A stretch of 58,638 nucleotides of DNA, the filler included, from Fonticula-like sp. SCN 57-25 (taxonomy: Eukaryota), in assembly GCA_001724245.1 (NCBI GenBank). It is 3 parts of 3 records of this genome, joined end to end, with 100 filler letters (N's around TTAATTAATTAA, not from the genome) between each part and the next. Parts side by side here need not be neighbours in the genome. Positions count along the whole stretch, not along the records: positions 1 to 19,324 come from MEDX01000100.1; positions 19,425 to 38,660 come from MEDX01000102.1; 1 more part is not named here. The stretch is one strand, 5' to 3'. The translations under genes were made by a program, and so were the position numbers. The notes beneath the pieces are model-generated. The model was not told where the DNA came from and searched no databases. It worked only from the letters and a program-made list of their open reading frames with translations. Below, piece by piece: positions 12,728 through 25,978 of the stretch. Position 1 is the stretch's first letter. Each line of letters opens with the position of its first letter.

Positions 12728-14239
12728 ATGTCTCAGTTTAACTTTGACGATCTGGACGACGATGAGGACTTTGACATCCTCCCCGGAGGTCTTTCTGCTG
12801 CCGCACAGGCTCTTGCCGCCTCCAGCGCGCCCAAGCCGGCTGCCGTCGCCAAGCCCGTAGAAGCGCCCGCAGCCGCCGCTGCCGCCCCCAAGCCGAAGCC
12901 GACTGTTTCATTCAAAGAGCCCGACGCCATGCCGCCGCCAGAGACAAAGACGGCGGTGCCGCCGAGCCCAAAGTTTGCCAAGCCGCTTCCGACGCCGCCG
13001 ATGCACAAGGCGCCATCGACGGGCGGGCTACCTGTGCCGTCATCGGCGCCCGCGCCCGGGCTTCGTGTGAGCGTGGGCACGAGTTCCAGTGCGCCTCCAT
13101 CGGATCTCTTTATTTGTTTTAACCAAAAGCGATAGGTCGACTTACTGCTGACCCAAAGACGCCTACGCTCGCGTCGCCCGTAGTTGGACCGTCGCATGGT
13201 GCGCGACCGCCGATCTTTGTGCATCATTGCTAACGCTACCGGCAGGTCGCGATAAGGAGGAAAAGGAGCGCAAGGAGCGCGAGGAGAAGGAGCGCAAGGA
13301 GAAGGAGAAGGAGGCCAAGGAGCAGAAGGAGAAGGAAGCAAAGGAAGCCAAAGAGGCCAAGGAGAAGGAAGCAAAGGATGCAAAGGAGGCCAAGGAACGG
13401 GAGGCCAAGGAAGCAAAGGAGGCCAAGGAGCGGGAGGCAAAGGAAGCAAAGGAAAGGGAGAAGGAGGCAAAGGAGCAGAAGGAGAGGGAGGCAAAGGAGG
13501 CTAAGGAGAAGGAGAAGGAAAAGAGCGGTGGCTTTTGGAAGTTTGGCAGCAAGAAGCGCGAGTCGACGCGGGCAAAGGTCACCATTGGCAACCCAATGCA
13601 CTTTCAGCATATCAAGGGTGTTTCTGAAACCGGCAATGCTCGCCCCGAAGGCTTTGAAGGGTGCGTCATTGACTATATACTAGCTATTTTCTTTTTTTTT
13701 GCTCACCAGCCGGGCATGGATCTGTAGAATGCACCGCTCAGAGTCGTCAAACACGCTCCAGTCGACCGACACGGGGTCTTTTATCGGCGACGACCGCCAG
13801 AGCCTCAACGGCGAACCGTACGCGGTGTTGTGCGGCTTTTATATTTTGTGCTAATGCTGTTTGCGCCAGGTTTGCCGGGTCGCTCAACGTGCCGCTGCAG
13901 TCAATCGAGGAGCTTCAGGCGGGCGGGTACTTTTTCCGGCCGGGCAAGAGCGATGGCCGGCAGCTGTACATGTGCACCAGCGACGATCTCAGCCGCCTCA
14001 ACATGTACGCGTCGTACTATGACAAGAATGACTCGAAGCAGGTGCCAAAGGAGTTTGTTCTCGTCTCGGACATTACAGACGTAAAGCCGGGCGGGAGCGC
14101 CGACGCAAGGGCGCAGCTTGCGTTTACGATTACGGCGGGCGGGAGGGCATACGAATACGAGGCATTCACGCCAGAGGAGAGGGACGCGTGGTGCGGGCTT
14201 TTCAACGCGCTCCTTTCATTCAGTCGGGGGAAACCGTAG
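12728..14239 (+). CDS. Pro-rich / EK-repeat / CRIB-like / PH domain protein (multi-exon)
   Basis: Starts MSQFNFDDLDDDEDF, then a Pro-rich region, KEAKE repeats and VTIGNPMHFQHIKGV (CRIB-like). C-terminal PH-like domain (...LAFTITAGGRAYEYEAFTPEERDAWCGLFNALL). Four GT-AG introns are readable. Confidence 0.75.
13253..13525 (+). repeat. coding AAGGAG/GAGGCAAAG low-complexity repeat (EK/EAK charged helix)
   Basis: About 90 codons of KEKEAKEAKE-type repeats. Confidence 0.9.
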
Positions 14240-14486
14240 GCATCGATAGGTTCATTTTTTAAATTATATATGCAACATGGCTATGAATATATGCTATAGA
14301 ACAAATTTTACTGGACGCCTCACATGGCCACAACAGATGGTCTCGCTATTGGCGCGGGCTAAACACGACATTCGAAGGTCTGATCAAAGGGTGGAATCAA
14401 GGGCAGACTCCGTCCACAGTCGATTGTGTCACCATGGCTGTTTCCTGTCAGCAACTGGGCCGCCGCACCTACCTGGACTGCCCACC

Positions 14487-15911
14487 ATGGCGACTATCCG
14501 TGTTTCTTGGAAGTTAAATGGCAGTTTTGACGCTCATGTCTTTCCAATTGATAGTCTATGGACAGACGTCCGCGAGGAGATTCAATTGCGTGAGGGTGAA
14601 GGAAGGGCACTGGGAACCCGCGACATCCATGTGCGGAACGGCTTTTTTCGGGCGCGATTTGACCGTGGCTAACATTATTGGGTGCGGCTCATAGCTTGTG
14701 TTTCACACCACTGGCGAATTGGACGAAGATGTATCTCGTAAACCGGAGGTTGACTATTTGGAAGACATAGTCGACACTCTTCGTGCATCAAACACATCGA
14801 CGGCCATTCTCACGGTGACGATCCCGCCAATCTCGCGCCGCGCTTTACCGATCGTGGAAGCCCACCCCGGTACGTCCCTTGGGTGTTTTTTGTGGATGTT
14901 GACGTTAGGAACGTAGGGTTTCTCCCCTTTTGGCGATTCCTTGTCGGTACTCCGTTTTCCAAGGAGACAACTTACCTTCAAACGCCGCCCAGCGTCGAGG
15001 TGTTGGCTGATTACGGGCGAGACCTACTCATTCGTGAATGTTATTCCACTCTTCTTGGAATTATAACCGACGACGCGCTTGCCGGATATCACAACAGGCG
15101 GGCCTTTACGATTTTGGGTGACGGAAGCGTTGGCAAGTCGTTCTTCGCCGCCTACCTAATGTGGTATGCGGCTGCCAAAGGCATCAACGTGATTCATGAG
15201 CCTCCTGGTCTTTACAACTTGCGCTACTTTTTTTATTCGAATGGCGAGTTTTATGCGACTTTAGGCACGGCAATGTACTATCCGACAGAGGAGGATGGGC
15301 AAAACACATGGTACATAGTAGACGCCAACCAACCGAACTTTATAATTAGCTCCTGTGTCAACCGGACTATCCTCTTGACAGTGCCAAATGAGGAAGTATA
15401 CAAAGACTGGACTATACAGATGCGAGCGCGTGTCCGTTACATGCCCGCATGGTCGTACGAAGATTTGAGGTCCTATTGCCGCTCTGTGAAGACTGCGTCG
15501 TATGAGAAGCTTTGTTCCCGCTACGACTTTTGCGGCGGTGACGCGCGCAAGTTACTTGGGTTCCGAACCGACGACCAGATTAAGAGAGCGACAGAGCACG
15601 AAATTAGCAATATGCATCTTGATGGTGTTATCCCTGTACTCTGGTTCTCTCCGACTAAGCGTTACGACATACCCGGTTTCGTCACCGTCCCCTCCGATGA
15701 CTATCGGAGCGCTTCCTTTGATTTTGCTTCAAGGTATATACGCGAAAAGGTGGTTGAACAGTCTTACAGGACAGATCGAAAGAGAGTATTGGAAATTATA
15801 AGGGGGACAACATCGCCAATAAATCTGTTGAGACACAGTGTTGTGACAGGGCGGTGCGGCACTGTATATCTAGTGCTTGTTCGAGCCGCTGATGCTCATT
15901 TGTGTAAATAA
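14487..15911 (+). CDS. Crinkler/RHS-like (CR) effector: header domain plus P-loop NTPase, apparently lacking the C-terminal nuclease
   Basis: Header MATIRVSWKLNG...AILTVTIPP with two introns, then LLIRECYSTLLGII, Walker-A-like TILGDGSVGKSFFAAYLM, WYIVD, RTILLTVP..YKDW, RYMPAWSYEDL, RYDFCGGDAR and FASRYIREKV. This motif series is typical of CRN/RHS NTPase domains. Confidence 0.75.
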
Positions 15912-16795
15912 TACATACCAACCACCATATGAATACCCATGGAACGGTTGGAAATCTTTCTTATTATTATACAGAGAGAAAGAGCTACACGGAAAGTACA
16001 ATCTCAAACCAGTCGCAAGTTGGGTCGCGGCGCGCCGGATGGCCACGCCTTTGCAGGGGTGCAAAACGTAATGCGTCGGGATATTTATAGAAATGGCCCG
16101 AGCCGCCAATACGGTGCCGCGAAAGACCGCCTTTTCCATAACACACGGCAGCTCCTCGAGCGGGCCATAGCCGCCATACGTTGCGTAGCTTGAGCGTAAA
16201 AGGTGATATATCATCCGCTAGCAGCGGCAGCAAGGCAGAGCTGCGCCCAGACTGCTGAGACTGGTGGGCGCGCGGCGACAAGACATCATCCACGCTGGCT
16301 TGAAGGTGGAGCAGCAGCATGAGCTTCTGGCTGTCGACAAATGGATACACCTTGATCACCGAGGCTCGGGCCGAGGCACACCGACTTGAAGCTCACCATA
16401 GAGCAGCATGACAGAGCGGTGCGCGCGCCAGCAGCACCGCGTGGCCAGCACGATTCGCTGGTAAAATAAACGGTTTGAAGCAAATACCGACGACCTCGTG
16501 CAAATAGATTCAGTCGTTAACGACAGCGGGCAGCAACACCATCGCGATGAGACGATGATCTAGCCTCGGGTTAGAACAATACCAAACTGGCCATTTATAA
16601 AGCGCACAGTTACATATTTAAAAGAAACAAGGCTTCACGCGCCCACAGATCTTCAGTGAGCGGCAGCTTCAAGTGTACCGGGCTTCCCACAACATCGAGT
16701 CGTCGACGACGGCCAGCGATGGATTGTTTGCTTGCATCATCCCAGGATTCTACCCCAGATTACAGAACGCCGACGCCGACGGCTAGTAGGCTGCG

Positions 16796-17286
16796 ATGGA
16801 CCGAGTACCGCTGCTGTCGACGGCGAGCTACGCCCATGAGCGCGAGGGCGACCCAAGTGATCTGCTATGGGAGGAAGAGGAGCACCTCGGCGAGGATCCA
16901 AAGGTGGTGGTTACGCCGGTTCATGTGGACTTTACACTAGACAATCTAGGTGCGCATGCCGTGACTGTACCACTGTGACTGACTTAAGCCACGTAGCTGC
17001 ACAGCGTACCAACTGGGCGTGGACGCGCGGCTCGCTAACGCTAATTGGGCTTAGCTTGACGATCCTGAGCGAGAATTTTAATGCATCGACGGCGATGTAC
17101 GCCATGTTCTTCTTGGCGGTCGGGCTCGCCTTCTCGCTGATCGCCGTCGGGCGGTTCCTGATGACGTTTGGCGATCTGGAGATTGGCAAGTTTCGAGTAC
17201 GAAACCAGCTCGTTCTGGCGACAAGCATAATTGTATTTACGGGTCATGTTTTGGTACTATTATTCATGGTCACAACCAACTTTTAA
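16796..17286 (+). CDS. DUF202 (YidH/Vtc1-like) 3-TM membrane protein
   Basis: One intron (about 16950-16996) gives ...TLDNLAAQRTNWAWTRGSLTLIGLSL, matching the DUF202 LAxERTxLAWxRTxLxL consensus. Three hydrophobic helices. Confidence 0.75.
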
Positions 17287-18779
17287 GTGTTTCTCGTTTT
17301 GCATCTCGACCGCTTTGAGCATTTTTCGCTCTCGTGTATTTTTATCGGCTACGTCGCAGGTAGACAATTAGCAATGTTTTAATAAGATTTGACATTTAAT
17401 TTACTAGTAATTGAACTTTTTTTGTGGACTAGAGCGATAATTGCTGGCAGCATACATACATTCTATAGTTCATCTATTCGAGTGGCACGGAAGGCATCAC
17501 AAAGGAGAAACACTCCATACACAAAATGTATATATATCATACAAAGCGGCCTAATCGATAATATTGATACAAGAAAAAGTCCTATACAGAGGCATCGGGT
17601 CGCTGTGAAGCGCGCCCGAAAAATGTCACGCTTGACAGAGAGCGCGAGCTTGGAGATGAAAGGCGGCGCCTCAAATAACCATCCAAATTGCACCACAGCG
17701 CGCGCAAGCTAGCAAACATTGGTAACATTTAACCATGGTCATCGTCTCGGGCAAAGGGCGGACGCGGAGCCAAAGTCGGTGCCGAAGGATGCCATAGAAT
17801 CCAGCTCGACTCAAGGTCGTTGTAGCAGAGGCTGTCCAAATGAGTGGCCTATAGCACTGCAACAAACATTCGTAAGCTCGCGCATTCACGCAAAAAGGCA
17901 CGCACAACGTCATGGTCGACATTGTAGGATCTTCTTGAGCCATCCCCCCGTTCTCCTTGACGCGCAGCTGCTATGAATCGCGGATCATCGAACACTTGTG
18001 GTAAATCACCAAGCCGCCTAGCGAGATCGTGCCAACATCATACGAGGTCGCAGCGCTGGCGTAAATAAAAACCCGTTAGCCGCACGATTGAAATGCTTAA
18101 AGAAGCGTACGGCAGCGAATCGAGGCCCGGCGGCGCAGCATGCCACCTAAGACGCAATGCAGCAGCACAGCAAACTTATATCCGCTATCAATGCAAAAAG
18201 AACTCCAGCAAAAGGGGCATTGCACGCTCTCAAACAACTCCAAACGCGCGCAGGGCGTTGACGGGCGGGGCGGTGTTATGATGGCGCCGATGGCCGACTT
18301 GCCGCAACGCTCGCCTTCAACAAAGCCTGATTGACCCGTTCCTAAGAGTCAACAGAAACCTGCTTCCTTCGTGACCCTTTCTCCCCTGCAGCGCGCGTTT
18401 CGCAACACCAGACCGTTGCTCGCCGTCCGCCTTCCTCCACTTGTGTATGCTCGGCAGCAGGCTAGCAGCTTTACATCGAACGAAGAAGAGACGATAGGAA
18501 ACAGCCCCGTCATTCTAAAGGTTCGATCATATGTGACGGCTCATGAACACGTGTCCACAGACTCTGTCCTTGGCGCGCATATGGTCACCGTTACCACAAA
18601 GGCGTCATCTGGTCACCACGACCATGCGGCCCATGCCAGTGCGGTTGCAGTTTGCTGTGGTCCTGATGACCAAGGGGGCGGATTCCTCAACCAATCAAAA
18701 GCCAGTCACCAAACCGCAGCCATGTCACCAACGTCGTCGGCGTGTCGGCCTCGTCCTTTTTTCTTGTCCGCGAAGGGCC

Positions 18780-19324
18780 ATGGCGACCATATGTGTGAAA
18801 TGGAAGCTGAACGGAGCAGCCGATTGTCGTGATTTTCCAGCCGACTCGCTATGGGCGGATGTTCGCAATCAGATTCGTTTGCGTCGGCCTGATCCAAAGC
18901 CGAGAATCTGCGACATCCATGTGCGCAAAATTTCTTCGCCATGTGATTTCAATAACGGCTAACATTCTTGGGTGCGGCTTACAGCTGGTGATACACAGCA
19001 CTGGCGACTTTGACGAAGATGTCTCCGGCAAACTGGATGTGAACTATCTGCATCCCATAGTCGACACTCTTCGTGCTTCAAACACGTCGGAGGCTATACT
19101 CACGGTGACGATTTCGCAGCACCATTCGTCACCCGCGGAGGCCGATCCCGGTACTTACTTTTAACGATTTCTGTAGTTGCTGACATTTTGCTCATAGGAT
19201 TCCATGCCTTCTGGCAATTTCTTTGCGAGACTCCTTTTGTGGACACCACTACTCTCCTTCATACGCCAACCGGCGTTCAAGTACTGGGTCGGTGGGGGCG
19301 ATGTCGCCCTCCGGGTCGCGCAGC
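18780..19324 (+). CDS. second Crinkler/RHS-like paralog, 3' truncated at the segment end
   Basis: MATICVKWKLNG...DSLWADVR...DIH / LVIHSTGDFDEDVS...IVDTLRASNTSEAILTVTI / GFHAFWQFL is colinear with the 14487 gene and has the same two intron positions. Confidence 0.8.
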
Positions 19325-19424
19325 NNNNNNNNNNNNNNNNNNNNNNNNNNNNNNNNNNNNNNNNNNNNTTAATTAATTAANNNNNNNNNNNNNNNNNNNN
19401 NNNNNNNNNNNNNNNNNNNNNNNN
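19325..19424. other. artificial contig spacer
   Basis: N44-TTAATTAATTAA-N44; the 12-mer gives stops in all six frames. Confidence 0.98.
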
Positions 19425-21896
19425 GGGGTTACCGAGCGTCGTAAAGGTGCGCATTCGATGCTAGGAAGGAAGATGGGCTAACCACCTCGGGAAGGTTAAT
19501 GACGAGCATGTCATTACTTTTGACCCCGCGGACGAGCCCGGGCTGTCCCGCCACGGGGCCAAGGCGTCTCGCAAATGCAAGAACATCCAATACGCATTCG
19601 ATCGCGTCTTTGAAGAGTCGTCGACGCAGCTGGAGGTATACGAGCACACAACAAGGCCTCTGCTGGATGCGCTCCTTGACAGGGGGTTCAACTGCTCAGT
19701 TTTTGCATATGGCGTACGTTTTTTATCTTTACGCTCTTTTATCTAAACGCGAGCAGGCTACCGGAGCAGGCAAAACCCACACAATGATGGGTTACGCTGG
19801 CGAGCCCGGCGTGATGGTGCTCACAATGGACGAGCTTTTTAAGCGCATTGAGGCGTACAAGCTGGAGCGAACCATTGAGATCACGGTCAGTATGCTTGAG
19901 GTGTACAACGAGACCATTCGTGACGTCCTCGTCACTCCTGGAACCGCTTCGGCAGCCATCGAGGTCAGGGAAGACGCCAATGGGCAGATCGTGATGAATG
20001 GTCTGTCGGAGCACCGGCCAAAGTCGTCGGAGGACGTGCTTCAGCTGCTTGCAATCGGGAACAGGTGCGGGTCGTTTATTTTGCACTTTTCTCTAACTTT
20101 TGATTTCATAGCAACCGTACAGTGAACCCGACAGAGATGAATGCCGTTTCGTCTCGCTCGCATGCCGTGCTGCAGATCTACATTCGTCAAAAGATGCGCA
20201 ATGCAGGCGTTCGAGGGGAAGTGCAGTTTTCAAAGCTGAGCATGATTGATCTTGCCGGTTCTGAGCGTGCCTCCGCCACCAAGAACACGGGCGAGCGCCT
20301 TGTCGAAGGTGCCAACATCAACAAGTCTCTGCTCGCGCTCGGCAACTGCATCAATGCCCTTGGAGACAGGACAAAGGCCGCCGGTCACATTCCTTATCGC
20401 AACTCCAAGCTCACCCGCCTTCTCAAAGGTACGGCGCCGTATTTGTTTAGCATCGTGTTTATAACGCATTCCTCTAGATTCTCTCGGCGGCAACTGCAAA
20501 ACGGTTATGATTGCCAACTTGTCCCCATCTGCTATTTATTTCGAGGACACGCACAATTCGCTCAAGTATGCGAACCGCGCCAAGGAGATCAAGATGACAG
20601 TGCGCACTTTCCGGCTTGCTATGCGTTAAACTGACCTTGTCTTAATCAGGTTGAGAGGAATGTTGTGAGCGTGGAGTACCACGTTTCGCAGTACACAAAT
20701 ATTATCAAGGAGCTGCAGGCGCAGGTGCAGGAGCTGCGCGCTCAACTTACGAACGGCGGGGCGAGCGGCTCTCACGCGGCGCCGTCGAGCGGCTCCTCGC
20801 GCAATATTGCCATGTACCTTGCTGAGCTGGAGCGCTGCGTGTCGTATGTAACGATCAAAGGTCAGGGCTTTGCTAATGATGTGCCCCAGACAAAAAACCG
20901 TGCTGCGGAGCGGGCTTGCTACCTTGAACATGCATGTCAAGTACCAGAATTGGCTGGCGAGCATTGGATGCGGGGCGGCTGCTAGTGCTGGTACGCTCGC
21001 GACACAATGATAGAGGCAGGGATACTAACATCAAGTAGTTGATCATGACTATGCGTCAAATGCCAATGCCGAGATTGCTTCGCTGGACTCGAAATTGCAG
21101 CACATTGCCAAGGAAGGTACGAGGCATGGCTCTTTGGCAATACTGTTTTCTGACACACTGAATGCTAGCCGGCAGCGACCTTCCTGCCCATGAGAATGAT
21201 CGTCTCCACGAGCACGGCCGGAGGCTGACGGCGGAGCACGAGGTCCAGATCCGGTCTCACGAGCTCCAGCTTGCATACAGCCTGTTGGACAAGCAGGCGG
21301 TGATCTGCGCCTATTTGGCTACACAGACGCACTCCCTGCAGCAGTGTTTTACCAATGGCGTTCAGCCCACGTCCGCTGGTCTGCTCCCCCTCTCTGCCTT
21401 TGTTGCCCAGCAGCAGGACCTGCAGCAGCAAGACATCCACCAGCTGGCCGCCAGTCTCGCCGCCGCTTCGCAGATCCAGCCGGCGGCTACCGAGGCTGCA
21501 GAAAACCTAGATGTTAGCATGGAGATGACCCCACAGCGCGGGCCCAGCTCGCCTCTGCTGGACTCGCCGCCGGCAACTGTGAAGCGCACCGCCCCTACCC
21601 GAGCGTACAACCTTCGCAGTGGCGCGACGCACACACGGTCCGCCTTAACCCCCAAGAATACCAATAGTCAAAAGTACTTTCAGCAGTCGCCCAGTCTCAA
21701 GCGTCTTTCGTCTACAACCCAAAGTCGCCGCCAGTCTCTGATTCCGGTTCGCAAGAAGGAGGCTGTTCTCGCCGCTTCCCAGCAGAGCAGGTCGCGCCGC
21801 GTGTCAAATGCGCCGCAGCCCGTGAGCCGTATGTTGAGCGAGTCCTCTCGTAGGTCATCAATGATTCCGCAGCGTGTTCCTGTGAACCTCCGCTAG
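19425..21896 (+). CDS. kinesin-8 family motor (KIF18/KIF19/Kip3-like), 5' truncated
   Basis: [112 protein letters not shown] and [10 protein letters not shown], followed by a coiled coil and a basic tail. Confidence 0.93.
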
Positions 21897-22176
21897 TCGA
21901 CCATGTTTGTTTCTTGTATCGTTTATGTGAATATACCAATTATTTATCTGTAGTCCCTGTGCGACTTGCCTTGCATTCTTTATTGGACCTTGAACTTGGC
22001 GCGCTGTTCCTGCATTTATAATTACTCATGCGAATGCATCAAAGTACTCGCAAGTGAATAGAATGGATGGAGGATGAAAGTCTCCAAAAAGCTGACGACA
22101 TCCTGCGATTCTTTGAATATAAAGTTTGGGGTGGAATCCGGCATTCCTTGTGTGGTGGTGGCAATCGGCATTCAAG

Positions 22177-23952
<1,776 letters not shown>

Positions 23953-24099
23953 TTTCTCTCAATTTAAGAGGGGATACTATTCTGGCTGTACTTTTTTGAA
24001 TAGATGATGATTCGTTGTGTATTATTGAGTGAGTATGGCCCCTACACAGTAAAGCTGCGAGGAGTCGATTGCGCAAAGACCACCGGCACCGGGCGCTTG

Positions 24100-25858
24100 G
24101 TATCGGCCAAGTCTGCGTACAGAGAGCTGTTAGAATGGGCAAGTCGCAAACAGAAAGCAGCGCACAATTTACTCGCTGGTGTTTCGTCATTTGGGTTGCC
24201 TTGAAAGAAAGAACGCTCGACGGAACATTGGAGCGAGCAGCTGTGCGGTCAAGCGAGTCCAAAGCAACGACGCGAACACCAGCGCTAAGACAGATACAGT
24301 AAGAATCGATACAATACACACACGTTGGCATACCGCTTGCGCTCCTTTTCCAGCTTGCGCCGTTGCAAGCGCTTCAAGTTCCTGGCCTTGCGCGCTTCGG
24401 TGATTTCACGCGCAACACGGTCGCTCTCCGATTCCTGGTGACGCTTGGCAGCGTGGGCAGTCTGCAGCTGTTCCAATACATCCGACGGCAGGAGCGCAGC
24501 CGAGCGGCGCTGCTTGTCCTCCTTTTGGGAAATGTTGCGCTCTTCCATACGGCGGCGCTTTTCCTTTGCAGCAACCTTGAGCCTGAAAGCAAAAAGTAAG
24601 TAAAAGCTGGCCAATTCGCATGTACGTACGCGTCCGTGGCCTGGCGATAGCCGCTTTCCGCAACGGTTGCGGCCGCACGCGCCTGCACCTGGGACACGGC
24701 CTCGGGAGCATCGTCGTCAGAGTCGCTGTCCGCGCCCGACACAGCCGACAGCGTGGGGGCAGGGGAAGCAACAAGAGGCTTAGGAGAGGGCGCCGCTTGA
24801 AGAGGCGTCGACTTGCTGATCGGAGTAGACGACTTTGCTGGAGTGGACTTGACGGCCGACTGGGGGGCTGCTTTCTTTGATGACGACTCGGCCTTGGGAG
24901 TAGGCGCCTGCTTGGGGGTGGATACATCCTTGGGCGTTGCGCTTTGCTTCAAGGTGGGAACATCGGCCGGGGTGGACGGCTTCTTGCTGGGCGTCGCCTG
25001 CTTCGGGGTCGCCTGCTTCGGGGTCGCCTGCTTCGGGGTCGACTTGGCAAGCGAGGGAGAAGCGTGCTTAGGTGACGGCGCAACGAGATCCGCAGACTCG
25101 CTTGCTTCGTCAATGTTGCGTTTCCGGGAAGCAGATACTGGCGTCTTCTGGATTAACTCGTCGATCGGGCCCGAAAGATCGGCCGCGCTCTTGACCGCCG
25201 ATGCGTTCTTGCCAACGCGGCGCTTTTGCGAGGGCGTCGCCAAATGATCATCGGCCTCTGGCTCTGACTCTTCCGCAACAGCATCCAATACAGGGTTCAG
25301 CTCAGCCGCCGGCTTGCGGGCTCGCCCAATCCTCTTGACAGTGCCGGGTGTAGAGGTCAAAGAGCCATCGGCCGCGCGCCGGCGAGAGGAGCGGGTCGAC
25401 AAAGGATCGTCGGAATCAGATTCATTAACAGAAGAGCGCCGGGTCGAACGCGTCGCCGACTGCAGCGTCTCAGTGTCAGACTCAAAGCCGGTTAGCGTAA
25501 GAGGAGCTTCGACGGATGCCTTGGCGCGAGATCTCGTCACCCTTGACGAGGTCGAGGCGTCCGAATCAGACTCGTACGCCTGCGAGCTGGGCGGGGCTGT
25601 GGTTGCAGCGCGGCGCCGGGTCTGCCGCCCGCTAGGGGTCTGCGGCTCAGCATTGGCCTCGTGAGAAGCGCCTGCAGCGTCGTCCTGCGGTTCAACACTG
25701 GACGACCGTGTTTTGCGGGTAACTCGGCCGGGAGTACGAGTTTCTGTTGGCAGCGCAGCATCTGCCTTCTGGGATAGCCCCGCAAGACTAGTATATGGCA
25801 AAGAGTCCTCCGCATCGCTGCTGGCAGCCGATGACGCCAGCCTAGTTGACCTCCGCAT
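24100..25858 (-). CDS. NOL7/Bud21(Utp16)-like U3 snoRNP-associated protein with a long basic S/T-P-rich N-terminus
   Basis: SDSDDDAPEAVSQVQARAAA...KEKRRRMEERNISQK...LLPSDVLEQL resembles the Bud21/NOL7 signature. 3' exons and stop are uncertain (about 24020-24200). Confidence 0.6.
24985..25045 (-). repeat. 15-nt coding tandem repeat (TPKQA x3)
   Basis: CTTCGGGGTCGCCTG units encoding STPKQATPKQATPKQATP. Confidence 0.9.
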
Positions 25859-25978
25859 GGCAACGATCACCGTCTCCCACCTCGTGGCAAAGGGCAAACT
25901 ATGCAATACAACAACTAGTTTGCATCGATTCTGATTTTGAACTGATTCCATCTGATTCTTGGTTGTGCGGCGGGCGGC

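Noticed and set aside
13163-13610. Hydrophobic F/S/L-repeat ORFs on the minus strand
   Set aside because: Reverse complement of the EK repeat, not membrane proteins.
19325-19424. TTAATTAATTAA palindrome flanked by Ns as a biological element (for example a piggyBac TTAA site)
   Set aside because: An identical 100-nt construct recurs at 38661-38760; it is a six-frame-stop contig linker.
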